Shown here piece by piece: positions 12,471-25,500 of a stretch of 64,000 bases of DNA. The DNA is taken from contig OZ024750.1 of NCBI GenBank assembly GCA_964016885.1, positions 29,140,001 through 29,204,000 on the forward strand, read 5' to 3'. Source of the stretch: Eledone cirrhosa. Lineage: Eukaryota. Each line of letters starts with the position of its first letter. Position 1 is the stretch's first letter. The notes beneath the pieces were generated by a model. The model worked only from the letters and a program-made list of their open reading frames with translations. It did no database searches and was not told the origin of the DNA. The position numbers and the translations under genes are program-made.

Positions 12471-13127
12471 AAGTATAAATGAGGGCAGCAGTGACAAACT
12501 CCCACTTACCAACCAAGTGTAGCAACAATGGCAGTGCCCCAGCATGGCCTCAGCCAGTTGGCTGGAAAGGTAAAAGAGTAAATGGTTCATTCTGGCCAAT
12601 TCATTATTGGTATGGTATGGTCCTTTATTCCTGATGGAGTTGTAGGTGCACTGTATTGACATTTGTTAGGCATTTTAAGCCTGGTAGAGCCCATTCCTCT
12701 CCAGGCCTGACTACAGTAGATTTCTTACAGAGAAGGAGAGAGAGAGAGAGAGCAAGAGAGAGAGAGCAAAAGAGAGAGAGATAGATAGATTATTAAAGAG
12801 AATTAATTATTTGATATTTGATTCAGTGGTTGATCATTTGATATTATAAACTATGTGAATGACTGAACTTTAAGTTGTCATGAATTATTTCCCTTTCATC
12901 AACTGATGAGTTGTCTCAATACATGAGTCGGGGAGTTCCATTTACCACACATACACGCACACATATTTACAGCTATATACATATAGTGACATACATAGAC
13001 AATACTCTACATACTTATGAAATTAGTGTGTATTAAGTACTTATTTTGCACACCCATCTCTCACATGTATGCATACACAGAGAGAGAATAGGAAGTCAGA
13101 TTTGCAGCTTGTTATGAAACTTTATTG

Positions 13128-13198
13128 CATATTACAACTGTTTCGATATTGATCAGGCAATCGGGTCCCGACTCTTAATTGACACCTCTTCAGATATG
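13128..13198 (-). ncRNA. Minimal hammerhead ribozyme motif inside foldback 13085-13302
   Basis: Minus strand: catat CTGAAGA ggt...atc GAAA CAGTTG TA atatg. Stem I catat/atatg, near-palindromic stem III, GUA cleavage triplet. Confidence 0.6.
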
Positions 13199-13442
13199 CG
13201 AGTTTAAATGGGTGGTTCCATTCAAGGTCTGGATGGAACCACCCATGTTAACAGTTGTAATATGCAATAAAGTTTAATAAGCTGCAAATCTTACTTCCTT
13301 TTGTCACTATATATACACTCTGCAAACTACGGCCGCCTTAAACCTGGAGCACAACCCAATGAGAGACGGACCTCGTAACAGCATCGAATGCTTCGACCAG
13401 CGTCGCCATAAGTTACTCACATAACAACCTATATATATATAT

Positions 13443-13734
13443 AATAAATGTAATCCGAGTTTTTCAAATATTAATAATAACATTCGATTCGTTTGCAATT
13501 ATGCAAACAAGCCTCAATTTTATAGCCATGTCAGTAGAATGAACACTTCATTCTTGCTCTTATGTTGACATACCAAGAAACATTAGTGTCTGCAGTTCTG
13601 TTCGCATGCCAACATAAGAGCAAGAATGAAGTGTTCATTCTACTGACATGGCTATAAAATTGAGGCTTGTTTGCATAATTGCAAACAAATCGAATGTTAT
13701 AATTAATATTTGAAAAACTCAGATTACATTTATT
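13443..13734. repeat. Long foldback inverted repeat (~125-bp arms)
   Basis: aaatgtaatccgagtttttc...ttgctcttatgttg pairs with caacataagagcaa...gaaaaactcagattacattt. Confidence 0.9.
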
Positions 13735-14196
13735 GTATTCAGCCATGTAGAGCGAAATTTTCTTTTATTTATATACACACACAAACATATGTACATAGCT
13801 ATATACATAGTTACATACATGCATAGTTATAAACACACATACATATGTATATAAGTAGGTTTATTCATATTCTTACAACATGGCCACGACTGAGTGCTTG
13901 CTAAGCTTCCTAAAAGAAGTCTTCGCTGATGAAGCTTTGCTGAAACATGATGGCCATGTCATAAGGATATGAATTAATCTACTTATACAATACTCTCCTA
14001 TAAATATTGAGTTCTTCATCTTTTGCTGGCAACTACAATCACAAGATCAGAACCCATTATATATATATATAATAATGATGTGTATATGTATGTGAACCTG
14101 TGTAAATCATATTTGTATTGTGTGTGTATATTTACACACATACACACAATATATATATATTACATACTCATACATTATATATATATATATATATAT

Positions 14197-14530
14197 ATCA
14201 TCATTTCATTTTACGTCCGCTTTTCCCTGCTTGCAAGGGTGGGACGGAAACCGATTCTGGCTTGATTTCTACAGCTGGATGCCCTTCCTAACACCAACCT
14301 CATTTACAGTGAGTGTTGGGTGCTTTTTTGCCATGGCACCTCCACGACCACTTTACAGTGGAATGATAGGGGCCCAAGTCCCTATCATCTCATTTCTACA
14401 TCTGAGTAAACTGGAGCAATGTGAAATAAAGTGTCTTGCTCAAGGAAACAACACATCACCCTGTCTGAGAATTGAACTCACAACCTTTCGATTGCAAGGC
14501 CAATGCTCTAACTACTAAGCCATGTGCCTC
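14197..14530 (-). mobile_element. CORE-type SINE, full length
   Basis: Near-identical to 2600-2938. Confidence 0.9.
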
Positions 14531-14531
14531 C

Positions 14532-14564
<33 letters not shown>

Positions 14565-15506
14565 TCCATTAGACAATTATAAAAAACTGTAGAAGATGGA
14601 TAGAAGACCAAGTTTGTTATATTGGTGATGTTTCTTAATTGCTGTTAGGTGTGAGTTAGGTATTTACATTAACAAAAGTTGTGAAAAAATTGCAGTGATA
14701 TTTCAGATTAGCAATCTCTATTTTGGGATACCATGTCTAAATATTAATTATATCTGCAAGGTCGGACACCATGCTTTGACGTATAGAGTTACAGCCCTTG
14801 CTATTCTGAGTTCAAATCCTGCCGAGGTTAACTTTGCCTTTCATTCTTACGGGGTCGATAAAATAAAGTACCAGTAATACACTGGATAATTGCTGGCCTT
14901 GTGCCTAACGTAGAAACAATTAATTATATCTGCAATGCTCTTATGAGTGATGATGTTGAATGAAGAATATATATATACACAATATATATATATATATATA
15001 CATACATACATACATACAGACACGTATATATATATATATATATATATATATGTTCAATTATGTTGAATAGGGAACCACTTTCTTTATAAACTTTCCTTTC
15101 CATTTTGGGGTAAAATGTGTATTTTTGTTTTAAAGTGGAAATGAAATTTCATTTTAATCTTGAATTAAGTTAATACGAGTAAAAATTCACATTTTAAATA
15201 AACCAGGAAATATTTGTTTTGTAATAAATTTGTAGTATAAAAATCTAGTTTTTGCTGACACATGAATTAGTAAAAACAAAGAAAGAAATGTAAATATATT
15301 AAATTTTTTAAAATCTAGGTACAAGGCTGTTTTTTTTATAGTAATTTAATCATCCTCAGAATTTTACAGGTACTTACTTATTTTGAGAACAATACCTTAA
15401 TGTAGGTATGAGTGGTCAGTTACAACCAGTTAGAACTGAAAGAGGTGAGAGAATTCTGGCTGGATATGACCGGTTTAAATGCGAGAGGGTTAATGACACT
15501 AGTATC

Positions 15507-15799
15507 TTAACCCTTTAGCATTCACATTATTTTATATATACAGTACATTACTGATAAAATAAAGTACCAGTAATGTACTGGATAATTGCTGGCCTTGTGC
15601 CTAAAGTAGAAACAATTATTTTATATATACTATCATATTTTTCATGGTAAAGGCTTTACCTCACTTAATATCGAATCTGAGATTTTGAAAGTATTTATTT
15701 TGAGAACAATACCTTAACATCAGTTTGAGCGACCAGTTACAGCCAGTTTCAATAGAAAGAGGTAGAGAATTCTGGCCAGTTTGAACATTAAAGGGTTAA
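15507..15799. mobile_element. piggyBac-type MITE with nested SINE fragment
   Basis: ttaaccctttagcatt ... aaagggttaa, with a Meta-SINE 3' piece at about 15552-15620. Confidence 0.75.
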
Positions 15800-16589
15800 T
15801 ATACTAATGACACCATAGGTAAATATTTAATACACTGATGACCCCCACCACTATCCTATACTGGTATTTTATTTATCGACCTCAGAAGAATGAAAAACAA
15901 AGGCAAAGTTGGCCTCAGTAATATTCAAAATCAAAAAGTGTCTGGTCTAAATAGTGTAAAATATATTATCAAACACTCAACAATTTCTGGGTCTCTCAGA
16001 AACAACCCCCATGGCAATATATGCTGTAACATGTCTTTATGGAAAGGGAATGGTAAGAGAGTTTCTAGAGAAGAATAACTTTTGTGAAAAATAGTCAGGT
16101 GTCAAAATTCTGTGGTTCCGAGTCACATGCAATGCTGTAAAGATATCTGGGGGGGATTTTCTTAGGCATGCAGAAATTTTCATTTTGTGTTTATTAATTA
16201 ATTTATTTATTAGCTTTTTTTAGATAAGATTCGTCATCATCATCATCTTTTAATGTCCATTTATCATGCTAGCATGGGTTAGAGAAGATGTCCTATTGTG
16301 AGACAGTCATGTCAGATGAGCATGTCTTGCTCATACAGAACTGTTTTTGACTTCGTTTCTATGGCTGGATACCCCTTCTAATACCAATCAAAACGAAAAA
16401 TTACATTTTGTAAGAAAAATGTTTGCTAAGTGCATGTTTTTTTTGTTTCTAATAAATTATGCAGTTCCAATAGTCCAAATTATTATTATTATTATTATTT
16501 TTTAGTTAAATGATTGAAAATCTTTCTGACCCTTGTCCAATGTTAAAACAACAACAATGTGAAAATCCAATGTACTATTGACCTGGTCA

Positions 16590-16885
16590 ATAAATGAGTA
16601 AGGAATCAGAAGTAGTGTGTAAGAGAGAAGACTGTGCTGGTACAGACATGTGATGCACTCGGATGGTGATTGATGGTTAAAGAAGTGCCAGAATATCCCA
16701 GTGGAAGGAAGCAGCAGTAGAGGATGACCAAGGCAGATCTGGACAGAGGTTGTGAGGGCTGACCTCAAATCACTGACACTCACAGTGGAGATGACAAATG
16801 GATCGCTACAAATGGAGAGATGCTGTGTTGAAGAGGACCCATCCAACCCTTGCAAGTGTGAAAAAACAAATGTACAAACGAAGAT
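16590..16885 (+). mobile_element. RTE-like LINE 3' fragment
   Basis: ERRLCWYRHVM...WLKKCQNIPVEG...RGRPR-like motif. Homologous to 51640-51900. Confidence 0.75.
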
Positions 16886-17217
16886 TCTTCTTATTGTTGT
16901 TGTTTTAAGGATTGAAAACAGGGATGAAGTAAAAAAAAAAATGATTATTATTTGGAATATCTATTTATGTAGTAGCTATGATTGGGGAAAAAAAAAATCA
17001 ATAGAAACTTATCTAAAAATAATATCACAGTGTAATTAACATAATGAGACATTGCTAATATAATTTAGATGGTTGTTTGTAGCAGACCAGAAGAGTTTGG
17101 GGGGGGGGGGCATGACAGTGGGTCTAGGCCTATAATTCTGAGGGGGTGGAGCCCTATTCACTTCAATTTCTAGGGATTTCATTCTGTTCTATTACCTGTA
17201 AGTACATCATGTCCACG

Positions 17218-17250
<33 letters not shown>

Positions 17251-17336
17251 CACACACATACATACCTGTAACCCATACATAAATCATATTTAACACCGAT
17301 TACTAGAATATAATGAGCAGCTTGAAATGGAGGAAG

Positions 17337-17462
17337 GCCCCTATATTTTGACATCTGGCCTCCACCTTTTACCAGCTGTAAGCCCCTATATTTTGACATC
17401 TGGCCTCCACCTTTTACCAGCTGTGGACCCCTATATTTTGACATCTGGCCTACACCTTTTAT
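17337..17462. repeat. 45-bp minisatellite, about 2.7 copies
   Basis: Unit cccctatattttgacatctggcctccaccttttaccagctgtaag. Confidence 0.85.
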
Positions 17463-17659
17463 TAGCATTTTTTTTAGGAGGGTGGAGGGATAGACAGGGT
17501 AGTCTACATTTTACTTCTGGCCCTGTGCTTATTAGCTGCTATCATTAAAAGTATTCCAGTCATGACCATCCCATCTTTTAATCATACACTGTATATCTAT
17601 GACTACACTATCCGATGTGGCCTTCCTTTTTGTATGACAAACTATGGTTTGAGATAGCC

Positions 17660-18012
17660 TTGTTATATAGTGTCAGATAGAATACCTCGTTATATAGTGT
17701 CACAATAGCTGGTAGTTGTTATATAGTGTCAGATAGAATACCTCGTTATATAGTGACATAATACTTTCTAGTAGCTATACAGTGTCAGCTGGTAGTTATA
17801 TAGTGTCAGATAGAATACCTCGTTATATAGTGTCACAATAGCTGGTAGTTGTTATATAGTGTCAGGTAGAATACCTCGTTATATAGTGTCACAATAGCTG
17901 GTAGTTGTTATATAGTGTCAGAATACTTGATAGTTACAGTATGTCAGGTAGAATACCTCGTTATGTAGTGTCAGCATAGCTGGTAGTTATAGAGTGCCAG
18001 GTAAAATACCTT
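17660..18012. repeat. Minisatellite of alternating ~27/29-bp subunits
   Basis: gttatatagtgtcagatagaatacctc alternating with gttatatagtgtcacaatagctggtagtt. Confidence 0.85.
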
Positions 18013-21000
18013 ATAGTAATTGTTCCAGCACCCTGGGTTCTGAGTTCAAATCCTTCCATCATTAATTTTGCTTTACATCTTCCCATGTGTACAGAATGAA
18101 ACATAGACACTAGTCAGCACCAAACTTCTTTAACCCTCCACCCCTGGGTTTAATACCCCGCCCTCACCAGCTAAATATCCCATGTACCTCATCCATATTA
18201 AATTTGCTTACTCACCCCCCAACTAAACCCTCACTCCACACTCATAATAAATCTCCTGTCCAACCCATGCGTGAAAACAGGACATGCTCTACATCTGATC
18301 TACAATGTTGTTGCCATGACAAAAAAAAATAAAATAAAAAAAAATAAAAATAAAAAAAAGCACCCAGTCCACCTTGTAAGTCCATGCTAATGTGTTGGTG
18401 TTAGGAATGGAATTCAGCTTTTGAAACCAAGCCAAAATGCAGATCTGTATGAGCAAAATCTTAAATGTCTCAACATGACAACCTGTCTAACCCATACAAG
18501 CATGGAAAAATAGACATTAAATGATGATGATCTCTTTGTGGTTGATAAATAAAGTACCAGTGCTGCACTGGTGTTGATTCTGTTTTTCTCTTTGAAAGAA
18601 TTGGACAGTGGTCATAGCAGAGCCCATCATTCTCCAGGTAAGTTTAAAATGCCCAAGACACACTAAATGATTACAACAGCCCTATGACCACATCAGAAAT
18701 TGCTGAGTAAATATACTATTAAATACTAACTAGATAAGACTTTATAATCTAAATATCACATATTCTTTCTTCACAATCTTAGGGTTTTGTTAGAACAAAA
18801 TTTATGAAGTTTAGTATAAGAAGCTATAAAAAATTATAACAAAAGCATGTATTTTATTTTAATAAAAAAGCTTTATCACAATGCAGAGGTGCAAAGAAGT
18901 TTGTATGAGAGCCAAGTTCATGAACTGGTTTTGAGTCCCAGATGAAGTCAATACATTTATAGATTTATTGTATAATAGAATATATTGCTTTCAATGAGAA
19001 CTCAAAACCACTGCTAGCTATTGTTGTTGTTATTGTTGCTATATTTAGTTTTAAGTTTTTTAACTTAATTCGAGATTAAAATTAGATTTCATCTCTTTTT
19101 CCTTGATTTTTGTTAATTTTCCCAAATGGGTTCATGCTAAACGAGAACCCCACGGTCATGATTTATGGAATGCTACATTGCAAAACTGAGAAAGCATATA
19201 CAGAAAATGTTGATATTTTGAATCTAATCAAACACACTGGATTAACTGACTATCTCTGGTTAAATGATCTCGTGGTTTGTTAAATTTTAATTTTTTTAAA
19301 ACAAATCACTCTTTAAGCAAATAATCAAACCAAATTCTTTTCGATTCATCTTAGAAGTAAACTTAAAGTAAAAGTATAAAAAATACATTTAACAAAATTT
19401 AAAATCTTTGGTGCAAAAATTGAACAGCAAAGGTTTTTATGTGAATTTATCTGAGCAATTATTTTTTATCTTTTGACTTCAGAAATCTCTCAATGCACTC
19501 TAACAAAGAAAACAAAACAAAAACAGAAAAACAAAAAAAAACAAAGGAAGAAAAAAAAGACTCCCTAAAAATAAAGAAGTTGTTTTGAAATAAAATTTAC
19601 ACATAGATCTAGGAGAATACATTATTTCATTTGTTTAAATAGATAGCTTTCTTCCTTTGCCAACAGACTCTTCTGCAAAAAATTTTGTTTTGTTTGATAC
19701 AAAAAAAGTGGCTGAAACATAACCATGTTCAGATAGCCATAAAAACATTTATATGAAGATATCTTTTAATACCCATTGCTATAGTTTCTTTAGAATTCCA
19801 TTAACAAATAATGGATAAAGTATATAGAAAAAAGATATCTTGTGTGAGATTCATAATAAATGCAACTTATCACAAGAAACAAACATTTGCTATTGCTACC
19901 CCTGACCAATCAGTAGAGTGTCGGTTTAAAGGACTGTGAGGTAATGGTGGTGGAGGGGGCACAGAGCAAACCAGGCGTTCCACTTAAAGCTTGTAGTTCC
20001 ATCAGTTTGGAAGGACTTTTAGAGCCATGATGAATCAATTATGGAAGAATTTAGGTTGAATTATTGAAGAGTCAAACCTTATAGTTAAATATTTATGTGA
20101 AATTATAATTCCTGAAACAATTTCCTTATAGCTGAAGTAAGCTCGTCTGTATTCACTTATTGGGGGGGAGGGGACAACTTAATTAAAAATAATTTCAATA
20201 TTGATGATAATATTGATCTTTGGGACTAAATTGACAGAAAAAAGTAAATCAATCTGCCAAAGTTACACTTTAACCCACTTTAAGTCATGACCTATTCAGG
20301 GTCACATGTTGACACTATAAAGTCATGACCTCTTCAAGTTTACAATGCCCTACTTTAAGTCATGACCTCTATAAGGTTACACTGACCTACTTTAAGTCAT
20401 GACCTCTTCACAGAAACTGATGTCATGGCTCATCCCAAAACAAGCTGTAGACAGTGTAGTAAGTTAATGCAGGTGAAAAAGTGAAAAACGTCTTATAAAA
20501 AATTAAATCAATTCTTCTGTTAGCTCCTATCGTGTTGGACTTAATGGCTAAATGTCTTAGTGAAGCAGTGACTTGATGATTAGCAGTTAACGAACATTAG
20601 GTTACCTAATGTGGCAATTAAGACGTGTTGTTCTCAGGTGAGAGATGCCCACAATAGACATATTCTCAGGTGAGAAGCAACCAAATTTATGCTAACCAAG
20701 CAACATGATACGAGCCAGAACAGAATATAGAAATAATATGCAACATCAAGATTATTTCTAAAATACTTTGAGCAGGGAGGGAAGGGAAGAAGGGATTGAA
20801 AAAAAATTAAAATATATTGCTCAGGACTTCCACCTCACTGTTATCCTCTCACTTTACAGATAGGGGGTAATATTTTACTTTTTTTTTTTTCTTCATTGCA
20901 ATACCAAATCAGTACAGCAAATAGTAAAAACTGGTCATACACTTTCATAGCAGATCATTTCTTCCAGAAAATTCAAAAAAAAAAAAAAAAAAAAAAAAAA

Positions 21001-21221
21001 AATTCATCCATTTGGCTGAAGGTAATTTTAGAAAATATATTCAGCCTTAGCAGTTATTTCACAGAAATTGTGTCGAACTGTTTTAGCAAATGGAGAAAAA
21101 AAAAACCAAAAAAAAAACCAGGTTAAACTATAAAATATTCTGCTATGGTACCATGGTACCAACTTTTGGTACTTTATATTAATTCCTTGAAATTTGCTCA
21201 ATGCTTGAAGAAGAAGTATAT

Positions 21222-21878
21222 AGTGTGTGGGTGTGGTGTGGGTGAGTGAGTAAGTGTGTGAGTGTGTATGTGTGTGTATATGTGAATGGATGGGAGTGTG
21301 TGGATGTGAGTGTGTATGAGTGTGTGTAGATGTGAATGTGAATGGATGGGAGTGTGTATGTGGATGTGAGTGTGTGTGGATGTGAATGTGAATGGATGGG
21401 AGTGTGTGGATGTGAGTGTGTTTGTGGATGTGAGTGTGAGTGTGTATGAGTGTGTGTGGATGTGAGTGTTCAATAGATACGAATCTATCATGTCATCTAC
21501 CTTATGTAACAAGTGTAAATGTGAATGTGTGTAATGTGTGTGTATGCGTGCATGTATGTGAGTGTGCATGTATGTGAGTGTGCATGTGTGATTGTACATT
21601 TGTGTGATTGTGAGTGCGTATGTGTGATTGTGAGTGCGTATGTGTGATTGTGAGTGCGTACGTGTGATTGTGAGTGCGTACGTGTGAATGTGAGTGCGTA
21701 CGTGTGAATGTGAGTGCGTACGTGTGAATGTGAGTGTGTATGTGTGAATGTGAGTGTGTGTGTGTGTGTGTGTGTGAATGTGTGTGTGAATGTGTGAATG
21801 TGTGAGTGTGTATGTGTGAATGTGAGTGTGTGCATGTGTACATGTGTATGTGTGAGTGTGTGAGTGTGTATGTGTATG
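21222..21878. repeat. GT-rich compound microsatellite at the start of the 3' UTR
   Basis: (GT)n with gtgaat/gtgagt variants. The His/Thr-rich ORFs are artefacts. Confidence 0.9.
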
Positions 21879-21886
21879 TTCAACAG

Positions 21887-21990
21887 TTATGAATCAATCG
21901 TGTCATCTAGAGATGCAGCCACCTTATGTAACATGAGCTGAATTTCATCAAATGCTGCTTCAACTTCTGCTGCTGTTCGTGCAGGACGTT
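21887..21990 (-). CDS. ANK/discoidin/SAM gene, terminal coding exon
   Basis: Acceptor ctcccacag|. Translates (K)[33 protein letters not shown]. Confidence 0.85.
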
Positions 21991-22177
21991 CTGTGGGAGA
22001 TAGAAACAAAATATAAATAAATATTCTATGAGTACTGGTGTTGAGAGAGAGAGAGAAAAGAAGAGAGAGAGAAGAGAAGAGAGAGAAGAGAGAGGAGAGA
22101 GAAGAGAGAAGAGAAGAGAGAAGAGAAGAGAGAGAAGAGAAGAGAGAGTGAGAAGAGAGAGAGAGAGGAGAGAGAGG

Positions 22178-22234
<57 letters not shown>

Positions 22235-22421
22235 AGAAGAGAAGAGAGAGAAGAGAGAAGAGAGAGGAGAGGAAGAGAGGAAAGAAAGAGAGAAAGAGAG
22301 AAAGAGAGAAAGAGAGTGAGAGTTTTGAAACAGCCAAAAGTTTGAAATTTAGTAGAAATAGAAGCTTTCACCGTATTTTTTGACTAAAGAAATTTTAGCT
22401 GGATAGTGGGGTTTAAAACGC

Positions 22422-22456
<35 letters not shown>

Positions 22457-22474
22457 AAAAGGATGAGTATTGAC

Positions 22475-22518
<44 letters not shown>

Positions 22519-25500
22519 TATATAGTGTCAACTTTTTTTAGATTATTTTTATTGGCCACTCGGGCCATATAATGTATGTATAATACTAGCAGAAATACTT
22601 CTTTTCAGGTGGTTTTCTATTAGTCATTCTATGCACACATGATCCTGTAGCTCCTGAGGGTGTCATAGGGGTGCCGTATTGACATACTGTGTTTCTAGGG
22701 CATTTTTAAAACTGGTGGGAGCCCATCTCCTCACCAAGTCTGAGTACAGTAGATTTCTTCCAGAGATAGAGAGAGATAGAGGTAGTCATTCTATACAAAT
22801 GTATAAATAGGGAAAGCTACATTTTAATTTTTCTGTTTACTTAATTTAATTCAACAATATCTACTCAACAGGACAGACATCATACAGAAATGATGTTTCA
22901 CACATACATACAGGCATAAGCTGCCCAGCAGATGCCAATATGATATTAAATTTTAGCGAAAAGGAGAATATCTATGCAGAACTAATGAGGAATCTGCAGA
23001 TACTCCACCCTGACTATATATTCAGATTTATACCCGAGGTTATTGGGACACTGGGATATGTTAGTAACTGCCTCAGTACAAATCTTGAGAAACCGAGCTT
23101 CTCAGAAACAGATAGAATACAAACTAGTTAGGAAATTACAAATACAATCCATTAATGGAACAGTAAAAAATATGTAAAACATTCCAAAAATTCTGCATGT
23201 AATAACTGTATACACAATTGCACAGATACAAAACATATGCACACACAACTCAAAACATCCCCACACACATTAACATCCATACACACACACACACACACGT
23301 ATCCATGCAGACATATCTACTTAGTTGATGTCTAACCCTTTAGCATTCACATTACTCTATATATATACTATCATATTTTCATGGTAAAGGCTTTACCTCA
23401 CATAACATTGAATCTATGAGATTTTGAAAGTATTTATTTTGAGAACAATACCTTAACATCAGTTTGAGTGACCAGTTACAACCAGTTTCAACAGAAAGAG
23501 GTAGAGAATTCTGTCCGGTTTTGGCCAGTTTGAACATTAAAGAGTTAAATTCCAAAGAGAGTCTTGTGTCTATGTTAGAAACCAAGTCTCACTCTATTGG
23601 TAAAAATTTATAAAATTATGAAGAACATACATTCATATACACATACATACATACATACATATATACATACACACACACACATATGTATATATATATAATA
23701 GGAAAGAAACATACTTATGTGGATGGGATCTGGAGCTTTGAGATGGATGTTTGGGGACAGAACACTTTGAACAGTTATCAAAAAAGTACCACCTGCAAAT
23801 AATAAAATAAAAAGTTACACAACTCTAAAATATATATAGTAGGTATCTACATAGTATATATACTGTACTTCAATTGAAAGCGACTACGGAAAATAACTCA
23901 TCCAAGTATTAGAACAGGGTGAAATAACTCACCGGAAATGATAGTAAATAGACCGTTTGGGGGCCTTAGGGACCACATTTTCCAAGTTAGAGATTTGAAA
24001 CCTCGTCTATTTGCTTCCTTGGCACTTTTTACATAGGTGTGTACATTTTCATGTCTGTCTGACCACGTCTACTACCATTTCACCGTGCACAACTGAATTT
24101 CAACCACCACCCATTTCACAAATATATATTAGATATATATAGTATATTTACTGTACTTATATATATAGTATATATATACTGTACTTTATATATATATATA
24201 GTATATATACTGTACTTTATATATATATATAGTATATATACTGTACTTTATATATATATATAGTATATATACTGTACTTTATATATATATATATAGTATA
24301 TATACTGTACTTTATATATATATATATAGTATATATACTGTACTTTATATATATATATATAGTATATATACTGTACTTTATATATATATATATAGTATAT
24401 ATACTGTACTTTATATATATATAGTATATATACTGTACTTTATATATATATATATAGTATATATACTGTACTTTATATATATATATATAGTATATATACT
24501 GTACTTTATACATATAGTATATATACTGTACTTTATACATATAGTATATATACTGTACTTTATACATATAGTATATATACTGTACTTTATACATATAGTA
24601 TATATACTGTACTTTATACATATAGTATATATACTGTACTTTATACATATAGTATATATACTGTACTTTATACATATAGTATATATACTGTACTTTATAC
24701 ATATAGTATATATACTGTACTTTATACATATAGTATATATACTGTACTTTATACATATAGTATATATACTGTACTTTATACATATAGTATATACACTGTA
24801 CTTTATACATATAGTATATACACTGTACTTTATACATATAGTATATACACTGTACTTTATACATATAGTATATACACTGTACTTTATACATATAGTATAT
24901 ACACTGTACTTTATACATATAGTATATACACTGTACTTTATACATATAGTATATATACTGTACTTTATACATATAGTATATATACTGTACTTTATACATA
25001 TAGTATATATACTGTACTTTATACATATAGTATATATACTGTACTTTATACATATAGTATATATACTGTACTTTATACATATAGTATATATACTGTACTT
25101 TATACATATAGTATATATACTGTACTTTATACATATAGTATATATACTGTACTTTATACATATAGTATATATACTGTACTTTATACATATAGTATATATA
25201 CTGTACTTTATACATATAGTATATATACTGTACTTTATACATATAGTATATATACTGTACTTTATACATATAGTATATATACTGTACTTTATACATATAG
25301 TATATATACTGTACTTTATACATATAGTATATATACTGTACTTTATATATATAGTATATATACTGTACTTTATATATATAGTATATATACTGTACTTTAT
25401 ATATATAGTATATATACTGTACTTTATATATATAGTATATATACTGTACTTTATATATATATAGTATATATACTGTACTTTATATATATATAGTATATAT

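Noticed and set aside
22028-22345. Arg/Glu-rich ORF and antisense Leu/Ser-rich ORFs
   Set aside because: They are translations of a (GA)n tract in the last intron.
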